Part shown: positions 35,838 through 48,800 of the stretch, piece after piece
Layout of the letters: the number at the start of each line of letters is the position of its first letter
How positions within the stretch are numbered: position 1 is the first letter of the stretch
NCBI GenBank assembly: GCA_012295275.1
Contig: CM022677.1
Span: 8,928,001-8,992,000, forward strand
Length of the DNA: 64,000 nucleotides
Reading direction: 5' to 3'
Source of the DNA: Chrysomallon squamiferum
Taxonomy: Eukaryota > Animalia > Mollusca
Made by a program: the position numbers and the translations under genes
The notes under the pieces: model-generated
What the model was told of the DNA's origin: nothing
Database searches by the model: none
The model's input: only the letters and a program-made list of their open reading frames with translations

Positions 35838-35929
35838 ATGGTGCTTGTAAATAATGAATTGCAAAGAGATTTTCAAGTAATGTCGTCGCACAGATTGGGG
35901 AATGGTGTCAGAAATGCTTATCTGGCGAG
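35838..35929 (+). pseudogene. Frameshifted duplicate of COX7C exon 1
   Basis: It has the same AAGATGGTG start context and a GAG|GTAAT donor, and is 92 nt versus 99 nt. The shifted frame reads KRFSSNVVAQIGEWCQKCLSGE, aligning without gaps to RRFTTSAVARSVHWQQHGVAGS of paralog A. Confidence 0.65.
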
Positions 35930-36140
35930 GTAATATTTATTGCATTTATATTTCTGTTGATAGAATATATTTCTGTTTCTAAATAACACATTAATTAACC
36001 TTGGTATGTATGATGAAGGTCATTGCCCTATTTTCGTCACGTTTTATTTCGTTACTCCGTTTTCATTGGCAGAGCTGAAGCCTATATAACCAATGGACCT
36101 AATGCCTTAGATCTCATAGAATTCTGGCAGATAATTCAAG

Positions 36141-36982
36141 ATGGTGTTGGGATCGGCTGCTCGTCAAATCTCGAGGAAATTTACAACCTCCGCTGTGTCC
36201 AGAAGTCATGGATTTCAGCAAAGAGGAATTCCAGGCGCGGTAAATACAGTTTTTAACAAAATACCCGTCAATATTTTAAAAATATTTAAGTAATGATTCA
36301 TAAATTACCATAAAAAGCATAAATAATGACAAAGATCATGTCTGCTTGTCACGTTTCTTATTTTCACACTTTAATTGTAACATTTAATTTTCATTAAAAT
36401 TAATTGTTTACTTATTATTATTTTATTTATTTATTTTATTTTTTGAAAAATGTAAAATGTTTTTTTTTTTATTTTGGTTTAATAATAATTATATTTGAAA
36501 GAAAGCACTTCCTCTATTACATCATTTGAAGGTCAGATTTAGTGAAAGGGACAAAAATTATTGATAATTATTTCGTCTGTCTAGAATGTTTTGTTTTATA
36601 TAAACTTTAAATTATTAACTTAAAATTTTTATAATTTAACATTAAAAGCTAATTAAAATGTAAACAGGGGTTAATTAGAATATTTACTTAATAAAAAAAA
36701 ATTAACCTTTTTGAAAAAAAAACAAAAAAAAAATGTTTTTGTTTGTGTTTCTTTTATTGTTTTTATTTTTTATTTTTATTTTTTATTATTATTATTTTTT
36801 TTGATAAAGAAAACTTAACACGAAAAAATAAAGAAATGACTTTTTTTTTTTTTAATTTCCAGAACATGCCAGTTGATCTCTTGACGAACAAATTCAAGAC
36901 AACACTATTTTTCGTTATCTTTTTCGGAAGTGGTCTATGGCCACCCTTTTTCCTAGCCCGACACCAACTGACTAAGAAGTAA
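36141..36982 (+). CDS. COX7C: Cytochrome c oxidase subunit 7C, paralog B (72 aa)
   Basis: Exons 36141-36239 and 36863-36982 encode MVLGSAARQISRKFTTSAVSRSHGFQQRGIPGA/NMPVDLLTNKFKTTLFFVIFFGSGLWPPFFLARHQLTKK. Canonical PG.N.P, FGSG...PF and RHQL.K motifs are retained. A 3'UTR donor lies at 37021, with candidate acceptors ending at 37099 and 37645. Confidence 0.92.
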
Positions 36983-39900
36983 ACTGTGATCTTGTGCAGC
37001 ACACGTGATTGGACACTGAGGTCAGTTAGTGGCCAAAATAGTTTTAAAAACTTCCATTCATTTAAAGACATTTACAAGGAGTAACTAAATTAATTTCAGG
37101 AAACCATGATAATACAAAATTTTGTGTGATACAGATGGGGAGAAAAGAAAGAAAAAAATTATCTGTAAAAGTTGAAAAATAATTTATAAGAGATAGAATG
37201 TGATCAGGATTGTATAAATATTTGCAATAATTTCATGTAACTGAGTAGTTAATGTGATGGAGTTGAAAAAAAAATAACATAAATATTGTAAAAGTTGGAA
37301 GAATATAGAACTTACTCCTGAATTTATATCTGTTTAAATGGAGTATTTTAGTGTGGTTTAAAGAAGTTAAAATATTCCATAATAAACATAGGAAGAAAAT
37401 GGCACGAACGATTACACTAAAGCTGCATATAACGACAAAAATAATAGATAAATTTCAAAACTGGAATGAAATGGTCTCTCCTTGTTTTGATTTGTAATTT
37501 ATTAAACTAATTTGATTTGTTTAAAGTTGCTTTAAAACGATTTAAGAAGTGTATATGTTCATCATTTAAAATGAGTTTAAAAACTATATCATTATATTAT
37601 TTATTTAAAAATGTATCTATTAATGATGTTATTTTTACATTTCAGGTGCGAGTACTGAGTACTAACATAACACTGGCCATGTTGTTGACTGCGGGTCAGA
37701 TCCATCCTCTACACAGCGGCCATTGAAGATTTTTATTGACTGTTTATTTATTTTGTTTTTTTAACCACACATGGAGCGTTTTACAAAAATTTTAACAGAC
37801 ACAGTGAACTTATAGTGCTATGTTTTGTGCTGCTGTTTTCAGTTTTAGCATTGTATTAAATTTGTCCTTGATATTTTATTTTGTTTTCTTGTTTGTTCTA
37901 TAGATTATTTTATGGATTAAGTTTGTGTTTTTTAAGTTGTATTAGAAAAATGAAATTAAATTTTAAAAATATTTTTGGATATAATAATAATTACAAAATA
38001 AAAAGACATTTGTTTAGTGGTATTATTGAAGGCCAGATAAACTGAACATATCTAAAATTATTGACATAAAGGTTTTAATGGACAGAATGTGTTTCCAAAA
38101 AGAAAGAAATTGACCAACAACACCTGAAATAATTTTGTATTGATACTTGAGTGTGAAAAAAGCAACTACAGCTACAATGATAAAGCAGAAAGAATTTAGC
38201 TACAAGCTGAATGTGGATTAATAATCAGCACAGGATTTCTGTTGTATTATCCTTTGATTGTAACTAAGAGAAACATATTTACAGTTCTTACAGTGGGATA
38301 ATGGCCAACAAAAATTATATTTATCTTCAAGTGAGTTAAACTAACCTTTCAAAAACACTTCGTGAGAAGAATATGAAGAATGTAATCATGTCACAACTTT
38401 GAGAGATTCAGGTGTAATAAAGTGTGTAAACTGAAGCACAAGTTCAGTTAAGTAAATATTGAAATACAGAAAAGCTGTTTAAAAGTGAATTTAAAATATA
38501 TTTTAAAAAGCTGCAAAAGCACAATGAAAAATGAAAAAGAAAATAGTGGTGTTAAGATGTTGAAGGAATTCTTGAAACATTGGCAAAATGCTGGTGAAGT
38601 ACTAGTGGTGATGAAAAATAGCTTAGATTCAAGTTCAGCCATTATTGTTATTTATGTATTATATTCTATTACTGCTATTATTTTCTTTTTTTTTTTTTTC
38701 TTGTATGAGTATTTTAATATATACTCCAAAACAAAGAACAAACAACAATAAAGCCTGAGTACTCAGTACTTAACTGGTGAAAACAAATCAGAAATTGTAA
38801 TTTTTATTGCTTGCTTGAGACAAAAAAATATATATTTAAAATTCATGGTAAACTATTTTAAAGACAAATGGGCATTTTCAAGTAATGTATTTATTTCCAA
38901 AATTAATCGGAATCGAGTATTTTTATTAGGTGATTGTGATTTGAAATTGTCTCCCTTTATAGTGAGTGCAGACCTATAACAATTCTCTCCCTTTATTATT
39001 GTTCTATACAGGATTTTGCTAAATTCCTGTTCTGAAATTAAAGTACAGATTATTTCATTATGCGATAATGTTCTCATCTATTTTATTGGTAGATTTTTTT
39101 TTTAATGTCAACATGTTGTTTTTATGAAATATTGTTCAGCTAAATTCCTTTTCTGGAAACAAAACAAAGCATATAATAATCTCTATCAAAATTAGTATGA
39201 AGGCAGTTTGAAATCCATGACCTTGTTTCCAGACTGAGCTTCAAAATAACAACAAATGTTACTTGTCAAATTGTCAGTCATGTTTATGGAAGTCATCTAT
39301 CCATTGCTACATTCTTAAATGCCTCCTCTAACCTCACTCACACACACATGCGCACACACACGTACACATGCACTCTGACAATACAGTAGTCAAAGAGATT
39401 GTATAATGATAATGTTCCAGTCCATTTAAAAGCCTTTTTTTTTAAAGGTTAGGTTAAAATTTTTCATAATAACCATGTCTATTTTTATATTAAAACAATT
39501 ATTCCTGAGATAAAGAATGTCTTAATTTATTATAGATAAACAGTTGAAATATATAGCATATACCTAATGAGATGTCAAATCGCTTTGAAATATTCTGTCT
39601 AAAGATTTTACATCAAAGTTTTGAGAATATTCTCTATCTTGTGATGAGATGTCAAGTCTTTTGAGAATATTCTCTACATAATGAAGAGATGTGTAATGCC
39701 ATGTTTTTTGTAAGAAGTATTTTATAAAGATACCATTCTGCAAATAATTAAATTTAATAATAAAGATTTTGCAAATAACAATGAATTATAAAAAAATAAC
39801 AAAACATGTTTTTAAGTAACTTAATTTATTTAAGCTTCAGATACATTATAATTTATACAATTTTTCCTTGATGCTTAATTTTTAAAATAACCAAAAAAAT

Positions 39901-40159
39901 AAATAAAATAAAAGTAATTTCCTTAATTCTTTACACAATTCGTATTTTATACAGATTTTGTTACATGATTGTTACAATATAAATTATATGTACACAGATG
40001 ATCAAACCTACCCACACTATAGATAAATTTATATTTAATAAATTTATATAATTTACAATCAGTGAAGCTTATGTTAAAGGTATTGAAGGTTTTGATGGAT
40101 GACTGCAAATTGACTGATGCTGTCTAAATGTTTTTATTAATTAAATTTATAGTTGAAAA

Positions 40160-40194
40160 ATAATAATAATAAAACAAATAATATAATAATGATG

Positions 40195-40292
<98 letters not shown>

Positions 40293-40295
40293 ATA
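40160..40295. repeat. (AAT)n / (AAAT)n microsatellite
   Basis: Direct inspection. Confidence 0.95.
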
Positions 40296-40882
40296 CTAAA
40301 AATAATTAATAATCTAAATGAAAAAATGAACGGATAATTCAAATTAAGAAAATAGAAATTGTTTTTTGTCATTACTTATTTGAGCAGCAATCACTAATAT
40401 TAATGATGATTAATATGAATAAACGTGAATTTTAATAAAAATAAAAAAGAAAAAGAGAAAATTAAATCGTCACTTTGATCTCTATGCTTGATTTAAATAT
40501 AAGTATTCTTATATGACATGATGTTTTTACTTGATACAGTCAGACAATAATGTTTAACTCTTTATGAGAAAAATGAGAAAAAGCACAACTAAATTTGGAA
40601 AAAATATGTTATTAAACTGAAGTTAATTACTGAAAATAATTTGTTGTTTTTGTTCTTTTTATCTGATTCCCATTTAAATACATTTAAAAGAATTTGTTTT
40701 TGCAAAATTCATTTTTATTTTTTTATTCTAATTATTCTGATAATAAACAATAAAAATTCTGGTTAAAAAGGTAAAAAGTATTTTTTTTTTTTAGTTTATC
40801 CAAAAATTATATAAAATAAATAAATAAATAAAAATCTGAAAAATCTGAAAAAAATAAATTAAAAATTAATAATAATAATAAT

Positions 40883-40917
<35 letters not shown>

Positions 40918-41281
40918 TAATAATAATAACAACAATAATAACAATAGCAATACCAATAATAATAATGATAATAATATTAATAATAATAATGCAGCTCCTA
41001 ATTAAAAGAACAAAAACGATTTAATAAAACACCTAATTTGGTCACATATTAATTATACTAGTTTATTATTATAATTATTATTATAAAATAATAGCTCTTT
41101 GTTCATTCATTCTTTAAACAGAAGAAAATAACTGCAATAGTTCACACAAGCATTCGTTGTCAACTTGCACACTCAGTTAACTGTTGCTGATCCCAAATCA
41201 CAGTTTAGTATATCCTTGAATATCCAAATGGTGAATATCTCTCTATGGCAACCAACAGATTTTTTTCCCCTGGAATTCTTC

Positions 41282-41965
41282 CTATAAATAAGTCTGCAAT
41301 TAAAGATAATAATAATAATAATTAAAAAGTAAATGATAAAATTATTAAAAAAATGATAATGATGATATAATAATGATAATTATAATTATAAATAATAATA
41401 ATAAAAAAAAAAAAAACCTATAAAAATATTATTATAAATAAGAGTAACAGTAACAGCTTTATATGATTTTGAAGCCACTCGTTAAAACTGAAAATTAATA
41501 TGGTAGCTAGGTTAAAAATGTTATAAAATTAGATATTAATTAATTCTTATAACTGTAAGTGTTACTTCAACTTAATCTGAAGCTTAGAAAACTTAAATAT
41601 AAATAAATAAAAACAAAATTATTTTTTGAATGAAAAAATTAATGAAAAATGTCTTAAGTCAATTTATTTTTATTTAATTTGCTAAAACTCTCTCTCTCTT
41701 TCATGTATATACACACACATACATACACAGTGCCTCTGTTTGTCTGAATGTATATATATATATACACACAAACACACGTTATCTAATTAGTAATTTCTTT
41801 TTACATAAATATGTCAGTATATTTTAGTTAATAAAACAAAAAGAATTGTAAGCAAAATATAATTTTGCAAAATCAAATATACTGAAGCAGTAATATTATT
41901 ATTATTATTATTAATTACTATTATTAGTAGTAATAGCTCAGAATAAGCCAGATTATACTGATTTC

Positions 41966-41996
<31 letters not shown>

Positions 41997-42285
41997 CAGT
42001 TTGAAACAAAACACTGAACAAAGAAACAGTACCAAACATGCATACTGCAAACATGCAAAACAAATTCATATTCCACATCAAATTAATAATACTATTTTTA
42101 ATACATCCCTTTGTCATTATCTTATTAGAGTGAATATTTTGTTTCTAAATAATAATTTTGTAAACAAAGTTTTCAAGTACAGAGCAAATGTTAAGTTCAT
42201 GCTCAGGTCTTGGGGTGGGCAAAAGAATAATTAAATAAACTAATAAACTAAGAAATATTTCAAATTTTTGTTAACTCAAGAATTT

Positions 42286-42320
<35 letters not shown>

Positions 42321-42630
42321 AATAAATAAAAAAATTAAAATAATAATAATAATAATAATACAATTTTTCCTTTCTGATTGATCACTGTAACAATTTCTAA
42401 GGAATCATTTAGACTAGGACTATAACAGACATGCAATACAGATGTAAAGAAAAAATGTAAAATTAATTAGTATGAGCTCTGGCAATAGTATCACATGCAA
42501 TTATGACTGAAATCTAAAATATTTTTAGAAATATGGCTCTTTTGTTCATATTTGTAACTGACAGAATTTTATGTGTATGTATGAGAGAGATTAAAACAGT
42601 TTAATGTTATTAATGTTATATAATACTGAA

Positions 42631-42689
<59 letters not shown>

Positions 42690-44329
42690 ACAATGAAAAA
42701 CGTTCTAATTTGATTTAGATACAGCATTACGTACATACACACTGTGACAACCAAAAAATTGAAATGTGAAAAAAATAAAAATAAAATAAAAATAATAAAA
42801 TAAACAAACACATAAGGAAACAAATGAACATTCAAAATAAATATTTCAGAAATACAGAAAAAGTAAAGTTATGTAAGATGGGTTACCTCATCTCTGTAAC
42901 ATAAAAAGAAAAAAAGAAAAGCAAGATAAAACGATGTAATAGCAAAACTAATAAAAAAGTAACTATGACCTTGTTTAACAAAATAAATATAAAAAGAAAA
43001 ATAATAATATTTAAAAATACTAGAAATGACAGCTTTGAATAGAAATACACTAGATTTAATTAACTTGCAAAGAAATAAGAAATTTAAATTTCAAATATCA
43101 AAAAAAACCCAATGTTTTTAAAATATTTTTCATACAATAAGAAAAAAGAAAAGAAAAAAGAATATCAAAAAAAGAAAAAAGGTTCTATAATTTTTAACTA
43201 GCTACTGACAAATTAATGATGACAGATACATTAATAGAAATAATATTTATGAACATCTGTGAAGTGAATAAATTTTATTATTTAGAACATTTACATGGAC
43301 TGTATGGATCTGCAATGTCAGTAACTCCTCAATAATAATAATAATAGTAACAATAACAATAATAACAATAACAATAACAATAACAATAACAATAATAACA
43401 ATAATAACAACAATAATAATAATAATGATAATAATAATAATGATAATGATGATGATAATATAAGCAGATGTGTGAAAACATGAAAGAAGAAAAAGGAAAC
43501 ACTAAAAATGTTATATCACTGCAGCAAGAGTTGTGTCCCATTATAATTTTTTTGTTTAAGGAACAATGTAAAAATAGATTTTTTTTTTTTTTAAATCCAT
43601 TACATAATGACTGGTTTTTAATTTAAAAGATAATATATAAACACTGTCTCAATTTCAGCATTTTGAATTTCATTAATTCCCTGATTAAAAAAATTCAAAT
43701 AGCATGTTTCACTACTGGGTGAATATCATTACCTCTGAAACTAAAATATTAAATATTTCTACACAGTGCATTAGTTTAAAATGGTGTCTAAAATAACATC
43801 TAAACTAATTTCTTTAACTGCATGATTTAAAAACTTGAAATATGTGTTTCCATTTTGTTACCTCCCAGACAAAATTTTAAGCATACCTACCCAGTGCATA
43901 GTTTAGCATAGTGTCTTATATTAATGTTTTCTAATACCTCTAAGTAATGTAAACAACACTGACTTAATTTCAGTACTGCCCTGATTGACAAATTAAAAAT
44001 AAAATATTTCACTACTGGATTTTGATCTTGGTATCTCTAAAATATTAAGTGTGTTTTCTAATCTCTATAATAACAAAGCATGCCTGCCCAGCACCTGTTC
44101 ATGCGATACAGAAGCTTGGTACCTGAGGAATGGAAACTTTTTTCTGTGTATATAAAAAATAAATAAATAAATAAAAATGAAATAATAAAAATATAACAAA
44201 TTGTTAAGCTCTATGCATGGGACATGGAAATAAGAATAGTTATCATTTGGTTTTATTATTTTTATTATAATAAAAAAGTAAGTAAACAAAACAAATGAAT
44301 AATAACAAGGAAAATAATTTAAAATTATG

Positions 44330-44367
<38 letters not shown>

Positions 44368-45813
44368 ATGTGAAAGAAAAAATCTGAATTATATATATAT
44401 ATAACTATCTATAAATGTACTACATCTTGCTTTAACTAATAAAACAACTTTTGCTTCAGTTTTGATTCTTAACAAAAAACCAAAGAAAAAAAGGAAAGGA
44501 CCAACTACAAAATAAAAAATGAAAATGAAAAAATAATTGAAAGATATCCCCTGCCATATATAATGAAAAGGGAAAGGTACAAAAACCAACTATCATGCAT
44601 TGAAGTATTTAATTCATATAATTAAAAACAATTTTTTTTAAATAGATTTTAATTATCATAAAACTGTATCTTTAAAAATAACAAAGTGCTATAATTATAT
44701 AATAACAAACATATTTATATAAAGTAACACAGAACCGAAGTGTTTATATAAAACAGAAATGTTTATATAACTTAAGTGTTTATATAATAATAACAAAAGT
44801 GTTTATTAAATACAAAAATGTTTATATGACAATAACATAACTGTTTTTATAATAACAAACGTGCTTATATAATTATAAAGAAGTGTTTATATAATAATAA
44901 TAAAAAGTGTTTTATATAATAACAAACAATTTATATAATAATTAAATATAACAATACTGTTAAATAACAACCAATACTATAACCGAGAACTGGGTTTATA
45001 TATATTTTTATAAATAAACGGGGTAATATTTTAAATAGTAACTAATTACTTTAACTAATATTTAGCAGGATGGCAGTACATACCGATTCTTCTGCTTCCA
45101 TTGTTAATGATGGTGCTTCCTGTATGCTTTCTGTAGCTTCTACAGCATTTGAAAACGATGCTTCTGCATTGCTTGCCACCTTTTTAGAGGGAGATAACTG
45201 CTCAGCATTGAATGCAATTGGAATGGGTCCCGTTTCAGTTATCAAGTTACAATCTAAAACCAGAAGAGTCCAGGAAAAACAAAATATTTTTTGAGTAATT
45301 TGGACATCCTCTTCACTCAAAAAAATTATTATTAAGAATTTAACAATTAAAAAGTATAATAATAATGATAATAATAACAATAATAAGAAGAACTAATTGT
45401 GACAAAATTATTTTTTAAAATATGAATTTTTCTATTTTATTTTATAATAAGTGGCCATATACTCAGAATTTCTATGTAAGCAGACATTTAGATGCTACCA
45501 AATCTTCTATACTCAGAATTTCCAAATAGCAAGTAAGTTGGCTGTGATGCATGAACTTGACCCAGTCTCAAACTAGTAATTCTAGAGATCAAGTTGTTTT
45601 TCTGTATTTTTTTTTTTTATATTGTAAAGTTCAGTAATTCTCATCTTACTGCACATTAGTCAGATCTGGATATTAAAAAATATTATTTGGCTTTTGTGTG
45701 TCATTCAAATGTAATAATTACTTTTTAGGCTGATTTTTGTTCTACAGCTTAGTAATAAAGACCATTTTTTAATCAACTGTCTCTCTAAAATATATGACAG
45801 GCTGTAGATTACA

Positions 45814-45865
<52 letters not shown>

Positions 45866-48800
45866 AATTACTATTATTATTATTATATAATTTTATTTCA
45901 CTGTTAAAAAAATATATATATATTAATGCTCAACTGCCCTCAAAATTTCCCATAGTCCAACTCCCAAAATTATCTAACAAATTCCAGACACTGACAAAAC
46001 AAAAGAAATTTAAAAATTAAATAAAATTATCCCCTTTATATCCAAATATATTAAAATTTCCCATAATGCACTTCCCCAAAATTATCTAAACAGAAATTCC
46101 AGACACTGACCAAAAAAAAAAAAAAAAGGAAATCTGTAAATTAGATAAACCATCCCCTTTATATCCAAATATATCATCCTCTTCACTGTACACTATCCTT
46201 AAAAACTCCCATAATGCAGCTTCCCAAAATTATCTAAACATGAAACACAGATCCTTAAAAAACAAAATACCCCCTCCAAAACATTAAAGCCCACCCTATA
46301 AGCTACCCAGCTAACAATTACGTGAGGTTCTGTTGTGTCGGGTATTACCCAAAACATCACTTGAACAACTCGGACTGGAAGTGGTAAAACTGGGCGTGCC
46401 TTCTGTGTAGTCTGTGTGTGTGGGTGTGGACTCAGAGAGGCTGAGAGGAGGGGAGCTTCGCACAGATATAAACCTTGTAGTCACAACCTCGTCAGAATGA
46501 TATGTAGTGGTCATCAGGTCAGATCTGAAATAAATAAAAACAAAACACTTGAAAAAAATAATTAAAAAATATTAGAAAATTATGTTTTAAAGTATCAGAA
46601 AATATCTTTTAAAAATCTTGAAAGTATCTTTTAAAATGTGTAATAGAAAAATTTCTGAAGCAGTTCTTTAAAAAATCTGGAAAATACCTTGCAAATATTT
46701 TGAAAAAGTCAGAAAAATATATTTTTAAATCTGTAAAAATTAAAACGCATTTGAAAAATCCTTAAATGTCTTAAATGCAGTGGAAATAATTACATTAACT
46801 ACTTGCAAAAATCATTAAAATATTTCCAGAGAAACAAATTTTGGTAATTACTTGAAAGGTATATTTACAATTAATCTAAAGAATATTAAAACAATTCAGA
46901 ATACAAATATATCTAAAATTTAGCTGAAGAATATTAATAAAATTCTGAATATAGAGTTTAAAATCACACATCCCCCAAAAATTCATCTAAATGGCATTGC
47001 AAAATAAAAAATAAATAAATAAATAATTTGGAAAAATAACCAAATGTACAGAAATTAAAATAATTTATATTTTTATTATTTTTTTATGTAATTTATATTA
47101 AATTATTGTTATTTACAGCAATTTGAAATCAAGAATGTGCAAAGAAATAAATACTGTCTGCTTGTATTTCTTTAAAGAAAACTTATTTTTATCAATTTTA
47201 TATACTCTTTCTCAATTTAATAGATAAAAAATTACTCATTTATGTTTTTGAACCTAAACTAACTTTAATTTATAGAACCGTTATTTTATCAGTTTTGAGA
47301 GAAAATATTATAATGACGAACTTGTTACTATTTTTACTAACAAACAAGAAATGAGATTTATCTTCTAGCTTCTATTCTAATGCTGAAATTTCATGCACCT
47401 GACACTATCATGATACCAGGGACATCCAGTAAAATCCAATAAAATAAAAATTAATATAAAATAACTAAATAACTAAATGAATGAATGAATGAATATATAA
47501 ATAAATACATTTTAAAAAGCCCTACATGGATCAAAACTAGATTTTTGTATCAAGTACTAGAGGCAGTACCTTTCTGTATCAAGGATTCAGAATATAAAAA
47601 CTGTTGGGTGTTATTTACGTCATAATGTGATTTCAGGGTTGAATATGTTGGATTCCAATGTAAAAAAGAAATCTAACAATATCAAGGGAAAATGCAACCT
47701 AAATATTTGAGAAATACACCATATATAACCTATACCCCCAGGTACCAGTTATAAGGTACTAGTCTAAAGCTAGTATTAACAAACAACATTAGGTCATACC
47801 TATGCCACTTTCTGCAGTAAATGAAAAGCACACAATGTTACAGACAAAACACAATACAAAACAGATATCATACAACAATACAACATGTATCTCACATCAA
47901 ATCACATAACTGTTAATTCTACCCTCTCAGATTTTGAACTGAGGTCTTATTTTAAGCAGGAAAAAGAAATAATCTGTGTGTGTGTGTGTGTGTGTGTTGC
48001 TAGTAGAATTAGAATAGAAATGAAATATGCACAGAACTGCTTCAACATTTGTTTCTCAGTAACATACTGATCAACTCATACTTTTAAAAGTATTTACTGG
48101 GATAGATACCACTATTTCTGAAGGATAATCATGCCCTATTATAGGAGGGCTGAAATTTAATTAGCACAGCTGATATTTTTAAACATGAATCCAAACAGAA
48201 ATATTCCATACTGTAGCAACAATGCCATCTTGGTTGTGTACAGATTTATTACAATAATTTGGAGGTAAGGATATAAATTAATATATGTGAAACTGAGAGG
48301 ATGTGTGTGTGTGTGTGTGTGCGCGCATGCAAGTGCGTGTGCACATGCACCCATGTCTTAGATGAATGAGAGTGAGAGAAAGAAAATGTGAAAAATACAG
48401 AAAGCTTTTAAATGTGTTTGTCTCTGAATGAATGTAGTTGTATCTGTTGCTCTCTGTGTGTCTGTCTTAGTCTCTCAACAAATCAAATAAACCAAATTAC
48501 CTCTTATCACCTCCTCCGTCATAGTTAGGGGATATAGTCTGTTTGCGAAGTTCGACATTTTTGGTTGTGTTAGAAAGGTTCTGGTTGGACATTGTAGGTA
48601 CTGAGGATTCTGTTTTTGTCTGGGTAGGTAATAAGTCTGGCTTCCCACTCAGAGTAGTACCTGAAAAACATCAACAATCAGTCTACTGTCCAAACACATC
48701 ATTTATACTGTACACGTGCTTTGTACATGTTTCTGTTTATCCAGACCCATCCACCTCTGAAGCTCTCTCCAGCTGTCCCTCTATTTCTCTAAGTTTCAGT

